From Candidatus Latescibacterota bacterium (lineage in GTDB: Bacteria > Latescibacterota > UBA2968 > SICM01), in contig CBDCJO010000002.1 of the NCBI GenBank assembly GCA_965217865.1, positions 2,944,001 through 3,008,000 on the forward strand: 64,000 nt of DNA, in the 5' to 3' direction. Below, piece by piece: positions 31,171 through 41,446 of the stretch (positions within the stretch are counted from its first letter, which is position 1; the number at the start of each line of letters is the position of its first letter). The translations under genes and the position numbers were made by a program. The notes under the pieces were generated by a model. That model searched no databases. It had not been told where the DNA came from and saw nothing but the letters and a program-made list of their open reading frames with translations.

Positions 31171-31968
31171 TTACTGGGTTTTCGAATCGTTTAATTCCCA
31201 GTCGTAGTCGAAATAACGAAACATTACATCAGGGTGGGCTTTCAGGAAGTCCCGGTCAACATCCGGAAGGTGAAGGGAGAGGTAGTCTGTGATGCGGGCT
31301 TCATCGACCCCTTTTGAACGGATGTACCAACCCGTAAAATCCTCTTCGAACCACTTAAAGATTTCAGAAAGGTGTATTTCCGCCGTATCCCGGTCGATGC
31401 GAACGTTTCGCTGTTCCCGTACGAAAAATCGAATCTCCTCCTCCAGCCGATCATCCAGGTCTTCGGGTCTAAAGGCCTTCCGGGGCAATCGAGGACATCC
31501 GATTGCCCCGCAGTTGATCGCGGCGTGGATTCGAGGGTCCTGAAACACCCTCCGGAGGATTTCGTGCTCGATATCGTTCAGGGTATAGAACTTTCCTCCC
31601 GCTTTAAAGTCGATCCTGCTGAAAAAGCCTGATAGAATCTTGATGTCTTTGACGCTTTTTACCGGATAGTGATCGACCACCCCTTTGAGGACGAATGCGT
31701 TGTAAGCGTTGATCCAGTATGCCATGCTGTCAGACTGCGTCGGAAACCGTACGGGATGGTTCTCGGGGCTAACCTGTCCGAGCAGCCGGACATAGGCTTG
31801 AAGATCCTGTGGATGTGCTTTTAACCCAGTGTAGTCCACGCGTCCGTTATCGTCGACATAGGAACCCAGCACGCGATCCATGGCTGAATGATCGAAAGGC
31901 TCAAGGGAACCTGAGGAGGTCCACGTCAGGACGGTGAGCGATAGAAAAATCGTGATTCGTCTCGGCAT
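31171..31968 (-). CDS. DUF547 domain secreted protein
   Basis: GRVDY, AYWINAYNA, DPRIHAAINCGAIGCP, IFKWFEEDF, YDWELN; signal-peptide-like N-terminus. Confidence 0.9.
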   Translation of the reverse strand: MPRRITIFLSLTVLTWTSSGSLEPFDHSAMDRVLGSYVDDNGRVDYTGLKAHPQDLQAYVRLLGQVSPENHPVRFPTQSDSMAYWINAYNAFVLKGVVDHYPVKSVKDIKILSGFFSRIDFKAGGKFYTLNDIEHEILRRVFQDPRIHAAINCGAIGCPRLPRKAFRPEDLDDRLEEEIRFFVREQRNVRIDRDTAEIHLSEIFKWFEEDFTGWYIRSKGVDEARITDYLSLHLPDVDRDFLKAHPDVMFRYFDYDWELNDSKTQ

Positions 31969-32094
31969 TGGATTCCACCAGCACATTGCAGATTGAGGAG
32001 CTATGAATTTCGGAATTGGGAATGTGGATTCATGTTCTTATTGTTTTCAATCCGTAACCAGAATGAATATATGATATCTCATATGCGGGCAAGC

Positions 32095-32125
32095 AAAAAA
32101 AACCCGACGATCGAGGATCGTCGGG
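32095..32125 (-). terminator. Intrinsic terminator of the sigma factor gene
   Basis: cccgacgatc-gag-gatcgtcggg perfect 10-bp stem with an A8 run on its left (U-tract on the minus strand). Confidence 0.85.
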
Positions 32126-32156
32126 CAAAGTGCATTCATGGAGTATAATCGGGGGG

Positions 32157-33038
32157 TCAAGCCTCGGTCAAATATCCCCTGATCCGGTTGACCCTGCTGG
32201 GATGCTTCAGGGCGTTGAGGGCTTTGTCCCGGATCTGCCGGATTCGCTCTTTGGTCAATCCGAGGCGTTTGCCGATCACCTCAAGGGTCATCGAATCTTC
32301 CCCGGTCAGACCGAAATAGAGGGTGAGGACCTCTGCCTCTCGAGGGGATAGTGAGGCGATGGCGGTCTCCAACTCCTCTGAAAGAAGCTGCTTCATGATG
32401 GCTTCATCCGGGGGTGTCTGGCCCTTGTCTTCAAGGATGTCGAGCATGTTTGCGTCGACCGTATCCCTGGCGGGCGCGTCGAGTGACAGATGCCAGCGGG
32501 AGGCATGTAGGATGTCCCGGACCTGGCGGATGGAGAGCCCACTTTCTTCTGCAATCTCCTCGGTAGAAGGCTCCCGGCCCAGACGTTGTTTCAGGTTTCG
32601 GGAAAGGCGGTCAAGTCGACACAGATGTTTGACCTTGTTAACCGGCAATCGCACCATTCGGGCCTGTCCGGCGAGGGCGGCCAGGATGCTCTGGCGGATC
32701 CACCAGACGGCGTAGGTCGTGAACTTGACCCCAACGCTTTCGTTAAATCTACCGGCGGCCTGGACAAGCCCCAGATTCCCCTCGCCGATGAGATCCTCCA
32801 GGGGGAGGCCACGTCCCTGATACTCTTTGGCGATGGTGATTACGAACCGGAGGTTGGATTCGACCATCTGATCAAAGCTACCCTGATCGCCCATCCGAAT
32901 ACGACGGGCGAGAGACGCCTCCTGCTCCTGCGTCAGGAGGTCATTGGGCGAGATGTCTTTCAAATAGAGGTCGAGGGCGGAGCGATCCTCCCGACCGACC
33001 TGAGAAACATCGGGTTCGACGGCATAGGCTACTGGCAT
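32157..33038 (-). CDS. Sigma-70 factor, short RpoD/SigA type lacking region 1.1
   Basis: SNLRFVITIAKEY, DLIGEGNLGL, KFTTYAVWWIRQSI, VRLPVN, TKERIRQI. Confidence 0.93.
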   Translation of the reverse strand: MPVAYAVEPDVSQVGREDRSALDLYLKDISPNDLLTQEQEASLARRIRMGDQGSFDQMVESNLRFVITIAKEYQGRGLPLEDLIGEGNLGLVQAAGRFNESVGVKFTTYAVWWIRQSILAALAGQARMVRLPVNKVKHLCRLDRLSRNLKQRLGREPSTEEIAEESGLSIRQVRDILHASRWHLSLDAPARDTVDANMLDILEDKGQTPPDEAIMKQLLSEELETAIASLSPREAEVLTLYFGLTGEDSMTLEVIGKRLGLTKERIRQIRDKALNALKHPSRVNRIRGYLTEA

Positions 33039-33237
33039 AAGATCTCCCCCAGTTTTGCGGGTGGTGATCGAAGATGGACTGTTTTATTTCCCGGCCCTTC
33101 CCGCCCGGAAGGAACCGACAGCCATACTTATTGCAAAAGATATACCACCAGGGTACCGATTCGATGTGATCCCCGTCACGGGGAAAAAGACACACCGCCA
33201 AAGGTCCAATGGAGGTTGCTGGGGAGATTAATGCAGT

Positions 33238-33469
33238 GGTGATTATATACTTGATAAAGTCATGATAGTGATGAAGGCTCTGTCTACTCAAACAATCTGT
33301 TGGCAGTCCCCATGCCGACAAATATAGAAACAGGACATCAAAAATCAGGTAAAGAAATCGCTCGAATCGGACGATCTCCGGCCAAAGGACGGGGCATTCT
33401 GCGAAACTTTCGCAAAAAACTCAACATTTTGGGATAAAGCAAATAGCCTTTGTCAAGTATATAATTCCC
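33238..33469. mobile_element. 232-bp MITE copy 1 (IS1595 family, ISNwi1-like ends)
   Basis: TIRs GGTGATTATATACTTGATAAAG / CTTTGTCAAGTATATAATTCCC; inverted near-identical copy at 44538-44769; no TSD here. Confidence 0.9.
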
Positions 33470-33863
33470 AAAGATATAGCTTTGTCGGGGAGAAGGTGAA
33501 AATATGGGGAAATTTGTTGAGGATTTGATGTGGGGACAAATTATATGGTAGCCGATGAATGGGGTGTTCATCGACGCGTAAGCAAACAAAATAATAAATG
33601 TAAATTCGTTTGTCAACAACTTTGTCAGACTCTCGGTCAAAAATTCATAGCCGTTTCATCTGAAAATCGAAATGGCGATGAATTCATGCTGCAACCTTGA
33701 CCGTCCAAGTAGAAAAAAATTTCCGCCCTGAAGGAAGGAACGGAGCGGTCTGCCCTTGTTTGTGATGGGGGTCACATGATGTTTTGATTGGAGAAAGAGG
33801 GGATTAAAAACAGAGAGGAAGGGAGGGTTTTGGGTGCCGGGGTGACACCGGTCCTCAAAAAAA

Positions 33864-36338
33864 CTAGAAGTTGGTCTGAATGCCCGCGGTGAAGCTGCGC
33901 GGAAGACCCGGCCGGACTCCGGCCGGACGCCGGGCGACGATGTATGTCCGATCCGTCAGGTTCCGAACCCTGACGAAGAACTTGGCGTTTGAAGAGATGG
34001 CCGCCTCGCCCGAGGAATCGATTACCAGATGCGCATCGGTGCTTTCCGAGGAGGTGAAAACACCCGCACCGGCCTTCGTGCGCATCCTTCCGACATAGTT
34101 GGCCTTCAGATTGATTCCCCATCGGTGGCCTTCCAGTCCGATGCTGGAAGAAAGCTGATGGGAGGGCAGATAGGGAAGCCCAAACCCGGCGGTCACCGTT
34201 CCCCAGGGACCGAAGTCACTCTTGAAGTCGTTCTTGAAATCCGCAGATGTATAGGTGTAGGCGAAACGGAGAGGAATGGAATACTGTACAGCTTTTCCGA
34301 AATCGTATCCTATCGAGAGTTCCAGGCCTTTTACATCGACCTCCCCCCCGTTGAACAGGTCTCCCTGACTTTGGCCGCCGGCCGAAGCCAGGTCCGACCC
34401 AAGAAGATTGTCATAGTCGTTGAAGAAGACGACCCCGTATGCTTCCAAGGCTTTCTCCTGGACCCGTATGCCCCATTCATAGTTGATGCTTTCTTCGGGC
34501 TTGGTCTCCTTCTTGGAGCCGGGGGGAGAAAATCCCTTGTGAACCCCTACGAAGGTGTTGAAGCCTGGTGTGAATTTATAGTTCAGGCCCATGCCGGGGA
34601 TCCAAACGCTCACATTGTTCTGGCGGGTGCTCATTGACGAACCGGTACGGCCCGGATCGGCCACTCCGTAGTCCTTCCGCTCGATTCGAATGTCCTCGAA
34701 ACGGAGGCCGGGAATGGCCGTAAAATTGCCAAATGCCAGTTGGTCCTGGATGAAGATCGCCCAGGCCTTGGCCGACTCGATCCGGTTGCTTTCCGTCCCC
34801 CTCGTGCCGGACTTTGTGAGCTTCATCACGCGGTTATCCATTCGAAATTTGTCGACCCACTGGAATCTGTCCATTTCGTCCTGATGGTAACGAATGCCGA
34901 TTTCCAGTTCATTGGATATCCCACGGCGGCCGTACCGAACACCGAGAATGGATTGGATCCCCTGAGAATAATATTCGCGATTGTTGGCTTTCACCTCGAG
35001 CGCATCGTCATTGGGGCTGGTCGTTCCCGTCACGATCGAATATTCCGCCCCAAAGGTTTCAGGGTCCGCAAGGATACTGGAGATGCGCTGACCCTTCCCC
35101 CCAGACGTGACCTTGACCTTGTCCAGTTTGTACCAGTTGCGCTTGAACTCGTTCCGGTAAAAAGTCGTCGTGATGTCCAGGACGGGGTTGGGCAGGACAA
35201 AATAACGGGCCTGGAATTGGCGGTGCTGTGCGTCCAACCGGTCATTCTGTGATGCGGCGTAGCGCCGATAGGGGTTCTGGTTGAAGTCCGCATCGGTCAG
35301 CCCAAGATAAGTCTGGTTTGAGATTTCATCCGTCTGGCCGATTTTGAGGGTCAGCTTTTGATAGAACCGATCGTCCGGATCCGTATTCACCCGGAACTTG
35401 ACCATGTAGTCTTTTTTATCAAAACCGGTATCTCCTCCGCCGTCGAGCTTTTTAAAACCATCGACATTCGTCAGATAAGTTTCCGCAAGCCAACCAAAGT
35501 TCCTGTAGGAGTCACCTAATTTCGCCTGGACCTGCCGCTCCCCATCCTGCCCAACGGTCAGGTTGAAACGTCCTCCGAGTGTGTAGGGGATCCGAGCGGA
35601 GATCAGATTTAAGGCCCCTCCGGTCGTGTACGGACCGTACTTGATCTGACTCGAACCCTTCCGGACTTCGACCCCCTCCATGCGACCGGGGGTCGGAAAG
35701 TAGTAGGCCGCTGGGGCGGCATAGGGGGCCGGGGCTATCAGGACCCCGTCCTCCATGAGCGTGATCTTCTCGCTGCGCTCAACACCTGTACCGCGCATGC
35801 CTATATTGGGACGAAGGCCGTATCCGTCCTCCTCCTGAATATTGATTCCGGGGATTTCTCGGAGGACCCGGTGGATGTCGTTGTCTCCGTGCCTCCCCAG
35901 GGACTCCGCACCGATATAATGGGCAGAACCTGGGATTCCCCCGATCTTGTTAGGGTCCCCGACCACGGTAACACGGAGCTCCGAAAGCTCAATAGGCTGA
36001 ACCTGAAGGATCAAGGTGAGCGTTATGTCTTCATTTTTCCCGACCACAATAATTTGACGAGCGGTCTGAAATCCGATTCGGCTGAAGAGCAGTGTGTAGG
36101 TTCCCGGAGGGACGGGGTGGATAGAAAATCCGCCCGATTTGGATGTCACTGCCCCGAAGGAGGACCCTTCGATCGAAACGTTGACATTGCTGAGGGGGGT
36201 TCCCTCTTGTGACGTAACGGTTCCCTCAATCCGTGAGACGGACTCCCCGGCTTGAACGAGGAGCGGTGTGCTGAATAGAGACAAGGACAAGGAGACCAGA
36301 ACCGAAGAAATAGTTAGACCTCCCGGAAAAAGTTGCAT
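33864..36338 (-). CDS. TonB-dependent receptor (FecA-like) with N-terminal CarboxypepD_reg-like domain
   Basis: PGINIQEEDGYGLRPNIGMRG, EVRKGSSQIKYGP, NLTDRTY, C-terminal Phe. Confidence 0.93.
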   Translation of the reverse strand: MQLFPGGLTISSVLVSLSLSLFSTPLLVQAGESVSRIEGTVTSQEGTPLSNVNVSIEGSSFGAVTSKSGGFSIHPVPPGTYTLLFSRIGFQTARQIIVVGKNEDITLTLILQVQPIELSELRVTVVGDPNKIGGIPGSAHYIGAESLGRHGDNDIHRVLREIPGINIQEEDGYGLRPNIGMRGTGVERSEKITLMEDGVLIAPAPYAAPAAYYFPTPGRMEGVEVRKGSSQIKYGPYTTGGALNLISARIPYTLGGRFNLTVGQDGERQVQAKLGDSYRNFGWLAETYLTNVDGFKKLDGGGDTGFDKKDYMVKFRVNTDPDDRFYQKLTLKIGQTDEISNQTYLGLTDADFNQNPYRRYAASQNDRLDAQHRQFQARYFVLPNPVLDITTTFYRNEFKRNWYKLDKVKVTSGGKGQRISSILADPETFGAEYSIVTGTTSPNDDALEVKANNREYYSQGIQSILGVRYGRRGISNELEIGIRYHQDEMDRFQWVDKFRMDNRVMKLTKSGTRGTESNRIESAKAWAIFIQDQLAFGNFTAIPGLRFEDIRIERKDYGVADPGRTGSSMSTRQNNVSVWIPGMGLNYKFTPGFNTFVGVHKGFSPPGSKKETKPEESINYEWGIRVQEKALEAYGVVFFNDYDNLLGSDLASAGGQSQGDLFNGGEVDVKGLELSIGYDFGKAVQYSIPLRFAYTYTSADFKNDFKSDFGPWGTVTAGFGLPYLPSHQLSSSIGLEGHRWGINLKANYVGRMRTKAGAGVFTSSESTDAHLVIDSSGEAAISSNAKFFVRVRNLTDRTYIVARRPAGVRPGLPRSFTAGIQTNF

Positions 36339-36437
36339 TTGATGGTTCTCCTGAGCTTTTATAGAAACGGATTGTAAAAAACGGGAATTATCCCTTTGTG
36401 GTTTTGTCGCGGGTTATTGAGAACTGCGAAAGGTGCA

Positions 36438-36456
36438 ATTGAGACTCATTCTCAAT
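36438..36456. promoter_or_regulatory. Fur-box-like 9-1-9 operator
   Basis: ATTGAGACT-C-ATTCTCAAT, ~100 bp upstream of the TonB receptor. Confidence 0.7.
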
Positions 36457-36572
36457 AAGCGGCATGAACATAAGGAAACCAATTTGGTTTGTCAACTCCT
36501 TTTTTGGAACTTGCGGTACGGGAAAAATACGATAAGGTTTTAATTCTTATGATAATAGGCCATCGGAAAAAA

Positions 36573-36603
36573 CTTATTGAGATTGAGACTCAATCTCAAT
36601 AAG
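36573..36603. promoter_or_regulatory. Perfect 15-1-15 palindrome, extended Fur-like operator
   Basis: CTTATTGAGATTGAG-A-CTCAATCTCAATAAG. Confidence 0.7.
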
Positions 36604-36946
36604 GTCAAAGACAAATCATAGAAATGCCAATCTTTTCTGATATAACCCCTGACTTGGTGGAGAGTTGGGTTTAATTTCCTATGTTAATCGTATGCAGACC
36701 CTACGCCAGAAATTCAAAAGAACGCCTAAGGTTTATATTGTAGGATCTAAATGGCAGATTTTTCAATGGTATAAATCCTATTCATTTTGAGAACGGTCCT
36801 GTTCGGTCGAAAAATAATCTCCCATGTTGGGACATGACTGACTGTCACATAAGGCGAGCCCCATGTCTCAAAGGGTCAGGCTCAGGCTAAAAGGATTTGA
36901 CATCCTGGCCTTGTTTCGTATGCTGATGGAAATGGGTTCCAGACTT

Positions 36947-37564
36947 ATGAAAGCAACGAACAATAAGAACCGTGGACTCCACGCGGCTGTCTTCCTGGAT
37001 CGGGACGGAACCCTAAACGAAGACCCCGGGTTCATCAGCAGGCCGGACGAGCTGATTCTTTTTCCAGGGGTGGTGGAAGCGGTACGGTCCCTGCAAGAGT
37101 CGGGTTACCTTGTTGTTGTGGTGACCAATCAATCCGGGATTGCGCGGGGTTACTTCACGGAGGGGGATCTCAAAGCCGTCCATCGGAAATTGAGGGATGA
37201 GATCGTTGCGGGCGGCGGAAGTCTTGATGGAATCTATCATTGCCCCCATCATCCGATTGCGGGGGAAGGGGTACTTACGCGTTCATGCTCCTGCCGAAAA
37301 CCCGCGCCCGGCATGATTTACGAGGCGTCAAAAGATCTTAAAATCGATCTGAAAAGATCGTTTATGGTCGGAGATAAGCTTGAGGATCTCGAGGCGGGAA
37401 GATGCGCGGGGTGCCGGACCGTTCTGGTCCGAACCGGCCTGGGGGAAGAGGCACTGAAGGAGGTCAATCGAAAGGGAGGTACACAACCCGACAAGGTCGT
37501 GATGACCCTGCAGAACGCGGTCCGATGGATCAGAGGTCAGGGGATTGAAGATATTGAAGATTGA
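36947..37564 (+). CDS. gmhB: D-glycero-D-manno-heptose 1,7-bisphosphate phosphatase (HAD)
   Basis: FLDRDGTLN, VVTNQSGIARG, CPHHP, CSCRKPAPGM, MVGDK. Confidence 0.9.
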   Translation: MKATNNKNRGLHAAVFLDRDGTLNEDPGFISRPDELILFPGVVEAVRSLQESGYLVVVVTNQSGIARGYFTEGDLKAVHRKLRDEIVAGGGSLDGIYHCPHHPIAGEGVLTRSCSCRKPAPGMIYEASKDLKIDLKRSFMVGDKLEDLEAGRCAGCRTVLVRTGLGEEALKEVNRKGGTQPDKVVMTLQNAVRWIRGQGIEDIED

Positions 37565-38094
37565 GGATTGAAGATTGGAGCGAGAACCATAGGACCACAA
37601 GAAAGCCCTGAGTGTTCAAATATTCAATTTTCAATGAAGTTTGGGGATTGAAGATTGGGAATCGGAGGTCAGAGGGCAGAGGTCGGAAAAGTCAAGAGAA
37701 AGGCAGGATCGGGGGCCAGAGGTCAGGGGATAATCAAATCGAGTGGCACAAACAAATTTTCCACTCGCGTGGAAAATTGAATGAAAACATTAATTATTTG
37801 ATATATATGAAGTTAGTGTGACTTAAAATCGGAAAAATAAAGTCGAGCCTCTTGATTCTGACATCGGAAAGCAGGTGCAATTGGCAGCGGCAGAAAATGC
37901 ATAGGCAGGGGTCGGAGGTAGGAAAAGCCGTCAAAAGTGAAACGTGAGCGGGAAAAGCGGTTGCAGTGGCAGGAAAAGCCAGGGGTCAGAAGTCGGGGGA
38001 AAGGAAGGCTCAGATATTCAATATTCAATGAATTCGGGACTGAAGATTGGAAGAGGCAGAGATCCCGATTTTAGTCGGTAAGCAGAGTCAGGGG

Positions 38095-38754
38095 TTATGT
38101 GGACGATTGTTGGCTCGGCGCAGCCAGAAGGCCCTTTTTTTGCTCCGCTTCGTCGGCAGCTATGATTGCCCGAACATTCAGGGCTTTTTTCATCATCAGG
38201 CTTATCGTCGCCTGATGGTTAAATCCGCAGGGGAACCTCAACCGGTCGGTCGAGTCGTCCACCCGTTCCATCCCCAACAGTTTGGCGAGACCTGCGGAGT
38301 AGGTTTTCACGCGTCTTTCCAGTCCCTCTGGTTGACCGTCTGCGCTCACGGTGTAGGTCCAATGCCCTTCACCATCCTGTTCGGGGTCTACCACGAGGTT
38401 CCGGCCCGTCTTTTTTTCGTAGACGGTCAAAGGTCCGGGTTCTGTAGGGGTCGCCGGATCGAGCATGACAACCTCGTTAAATACCCTCTTGATCGCTATT
38501 TCGTGCAATTCCCAGCAGGGAAACCGGACGACATGACCGGGCCCGGCAAATGGTTCCAAACCTCCTAAAGCCGTCAACAAGTCGGAGCAGTTTTTCAACC
38601 GATCGTCAGCACCCGGTGCCTTGCTGTAGGTATTGAGTGTGAACAGGTGGCCCTCCTCACTCTCCCGTACGTGAAGGGCGATGGAGATCTCCTGATAGTA
38701 TTTGTCCATCGAGATGAGGTCGATATATCGGCCCAGGTTCACGATCCGACTCAT
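38095..38754 (-). CDS. Hypothetical protein with internal duplication (two RFPCxxxH motifs)
   Basis: Clean 219-aa ORF with GGAGA RBS; RFPCWELH and RFPCGFNH. Confidence 0.75.
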   Translation of the reverse strand: MSRIVNLGRYIDLISMDKYYQEISIALHVRESEEGHLFTLNTYSKAPGADDRLKNCSDLLTALGGLEPFAGPGHVVRFPCWELHEIAIKRVFNEVVMLDPATPTEPGPLTVYEKKTGRNLVVDPEQDGEGHWTYTVSADGQPEGLERRVKTYSAGLAKLLGMERVDDSTDRLRFPCGFNHQATISLMMKKALNVRAIIAADEAEQKKGLLAAPSQQSST

Positions 38755-38883
38755 GGGTTATCTCCGGTTTTTAAACTGCTTATATTCCTATATTTGCATC
38801 ATCGTTAAAAGGTATGCATGGATGTCTTCCCGTGTCAAGCTTTTTTCAAAACCGGGGTCAAGCAGGACATCTTTTCGTTATGA

Positions 38884-39798
38884 TTAGAGACAGATTCGTG
38901 AAAGGAACTCCGGTACGCCCCGGATTCCGAGTTTCAGTCTGAACAAGGCCCCCGACCCCGGGCCTTGTTCCTCTTTGTTGTTTCCACCGATTGTGGTGAC
39001 GTAGATTTCGTCCAGATTTTCACCTCCGAATGTGAGGCTGGAGACAATCCGGGCGGGAAACCGGATGACTATGTCTTCCATCCCTTCCCTGGAGTATCGA
39101 TACAAAGCGGAATCCCCGGCACGGGCAGACCAGATAAAACCGTCGGCGTCAACAGTCATCCCATCCGGAAAGCCATGGCCGTCCGGAGTCTCAACGAACA
39201 CACGCCTGTTGGAGATGGCTCCGGTTTCCGCCTCGTAGTCGAACAGGTAGATCTTCAAGACCATGGAGTCGGTGAAGAACATCCGCTTGCGATCGGATGT
39301 GAAGGCCATCCCGTTCGGGGTGCAAAGGCCATCCAGAATTTGGGTGATGGACCCATCGGGGTCCAGTCGGTATAACCTTCCAAGTCGCTCTCCGGCCAAT
39401 GCCCGTTTTTCATTCATGGGCATGGTCCCGCAAAAGACCCGCCCCGCCGGGTCGGCAATGACGTCGTTGAAGCGATTCTCCTCTTCCCCGGGGATCTCCT
39501 CGATGACATAACGCAATTTCCCCTCCCGCAAGACCGCCACCGATCCCTTCTCCATAAACAGGAGGAGCCCCCCGTCCTCCTGAATCGTAAATCCTCCGAT
39601 CCAGTCGACCTCGTAGAAAAGGTCGTGTTTTCCCGTGGCCGGATCGAACCAGTAGAGCCTACCGTTCGGGATGTCTACCCAGTAGAGTCGCTTTTCCATT
39701 GAGTGCCACAGGGGACCTTCGCCCGTATCATTCCGATAGTCGGCAATCAGTTCAGGTTCCAAAGGTTTTCTCCTGGTGTTAGAATCTCTTGAAATCAT
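38884..39798 (-). CDS. SMP-30/gluconolactonase family protein
   Basis: GEGPLW, RFNDVIADPAGR, PNGMAF, PDGMTVDADG, TFGG. Confidence 0.93.
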   Translation of the reverse strand: MISRDSNTRRKPLEPELIADYRNDTGEGPLWHSMEKRLYWVDIPNGRLYWFDPATGKHDLFYEVDWIGGFTIQEDGGLLLFMEKGSVAVLREGKLRYVIEEIPGEEENRFNDVIADPAGRVFCGTMPMNEKRALAGERLGRLYRLDPDGSITQILDGLCTPNGMAFTSDRKRMFFTDSMVLKIYLFDYEAETGAISNRRVFVETPDGHGFPDGMTVDADGFIWSARAGDSALYRYSREGMEDIVIRFPARIVSSLTFGGENLDEIYVTTIGGNNKEEQGPGSGALFRLKLGIRGVPEFLSRICL

Positions 39799-39838
39799 GA
39801 ATATATCGGGGATTCGTTCAACAATCAGGGAAACGGGG

Positions 39839-40342
39839 TTAGATTGCTTCGGAAGAAAAGTTGGGGCCGCCTGAAGGGGGAAGCTGCATCAGTTCGATGG
39901 TTATCCCGTCCGGGTCACGAAGGTAGCATGCTCGGCCTCCTTCATAGGGTCCGATTGGGATGACGACGGGCTCCGAACTCCGGAATTCCACGCCCTGTGC
40001 TTGGAGACGTGCATACACCTCATCGAGATCGTCCACAATGAGACATAGATGTGCATTGCCTGCGTTGTAAGTTTCCATGTCCACCAGGGCCCCCGGGGGT
40101 TTACGATATTCAATAAGTTCGAGGATCAGGCCGCTTTCGTCGAGGTTAAAAAACGCAGCGTCGAGTTCGATGTCCTCGTAGCCGACGAGGTTCCCGATAT
40201 AACCTTCCCGGTAGAGCCTTTTCATGAGAGGTTCACTCTGTAGCAGCATTTGATAAAAACGAATAGCCCGTTCGAGGTTCGAGACCGTGAACCCAACGTG
40301 ATCCAGACCGGACTTTCCGCTCACGATCCTATGGCTCGGCAT
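39839..40342 (-). CDS. VOC/glyoxalase family protein
   Basis: DHVGFTVSNLERAIRFY, LELIEY, HLCLIVDD, RDPDGITIEL. Confidence 0.92.
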   Translation of the reverse strand: MPSHRIVSGKSGLDHVGFTVSNLERAIRFYQMLLQSEPLMKRLYREGYIGNLVGYEDIELDAAFFNLDESGLILELIEYRKPPGALVDMETYNAGNAHLCLIVDDLDEVYARLQAQGVEFRSSEPVVIPIGPYEGGRACYLRDPDGITIELMQLPPSGGPNFSSEAI

Positions 40343-40390
40343 CCCTTACCTTTCATGTCAGCGACCTAGCCTTGATTAGGGCGAAAGTCC

Positions 40391-41446
40391 TCAATCCCAC
40401 CTCCGCAATGAATCAGAAGCCGCGAGTCCAGCGTCCTGCCCGAGGGCGAAGGCCGTAGCGATTAGGTTTCGTTCGCCGGACACGATGTCCCCCGCGGCGA
40501 ACAGCCCCTTGATTTTATTCCCTTTTGAATCGAGGAGCCCTCGATCCCTGTCCACCACGATCAAACCTTCTCCGTCCTTCTGATAGTCCCATCCTTCCAG
40601 GAAGCGCGTGTTGGGCTTCAGACCTTCGTCTACCAGAAACCCGTGAAAGAAGCGTTCCTTCCCACCCTCCAGCTCAAGGCCGAGGAGATCGGTTCCTTTG
40701 CCGATGTGGCGAATGATCTTCTCCTCGACGATTTCGATTCCCCTTTCGCGGACCTTCCCAAGGACTTCCGACGACATTCCGTTTGGTCTTCCGTTGGTAA
40801 GGATGGTGATCTTGTGGGTAAAATCCTGGGCCCCAACTGCAGCCTCATAGATATAATCGCCCACGCCCAAGATGGCCAAAGACTCGTCTACGTGCAGGTG
40901 TCCATCACATCGTATGCACGTGTGCCATCCGCGAGCGTTTCCAGCATACCGGAAGACAGTTTTGTGGCGACGATACATCCGTTCCGCAGATTCATCCACC
41001 TCAATATCAGGCCAGACATCCTCAAAACCGGTTGCGATCACAATCGTTCTTCCGTAAAAGTGTTCAACTTTTTTCTCCTCCGCCCGTAGCGGCGATACCG
41101 AGGTCTGGAGGTCAAAGGGTCCGTCTTCATTCCGGGACAACTTCAGGACCATGCCCCCCCGGTAGTCGATCCCAACCATCCGCGACTCCCCGGCGATCGT
41201 GACCCCCTTGACAGGACGTTCCGCCACCCACTCGTGCAGCCGTTTGATCAGTTGAGGGCCGGTCAGACCCTCGAAGATGGGGACGTCTTCAAACCGGACG
41301 CTTTTGGACCAGTATGCTCGACCTTTTTTTTTGCTGATTGGTCCGGAATCCAGGATCAGGGCGTGCCGCATCTGATGGGCGACGCTGACGGCAGCCTGAC
41401 ATCCGGCGGGTCCGGCCCCTATGACCATGACATCATATATATCCAT
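40391..41446 (-). CDS. Thioredoxin-reductase-like FAD/NAD(P) disulfide oxidoreductase
   Basis: VIGAGPAG, IATG, CIRCDG (CxxC), GLFAAGD. Confidence 0.85.
   Translation of the reverse strand: MDIYDVMVIGAGPAGCQAAVSVAHQMRHALILDSGPISKKKGRAYWSKSVRFEDVPIFEGLTGPQLIKRLHEWVAERPVKGVTIAGESRMVGIDYRGGMVLKLSRNEDGPFDLQTSVSPLRAEEKKVEHFYGRTIVIATGFEDVWPDIEVDESAERMYRRHKTVFRYAGNARGWHTCIRCDGHLHVDESLAILGVGDYIYEAAVGAQDFTHKITILTNGRPNGMSSEVLGKVRERGIEIVEEKIIRHIGKGTDLLGLELEGGKERFFHGFLVDEGLKPNTRFLEGWDYQKDGEGLIVVDRDRGLLDSKGNKIKGLFAAGDIVSGERNLIATAFALGQDAGLAASDSLRRWD

Noticed and set aside
33338-33640. ORFs sharing peptide sequence with 44244-44669 and 44686-44907
   Set aside because: The identity comes from reading through the MITE; no transposase motifs.
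37860-37990. Recurring GGAAAAGC words in an intergenic region
   Set aside because: Irregular spacing and short length; cannot be distinguished from purine-rich low complexity.
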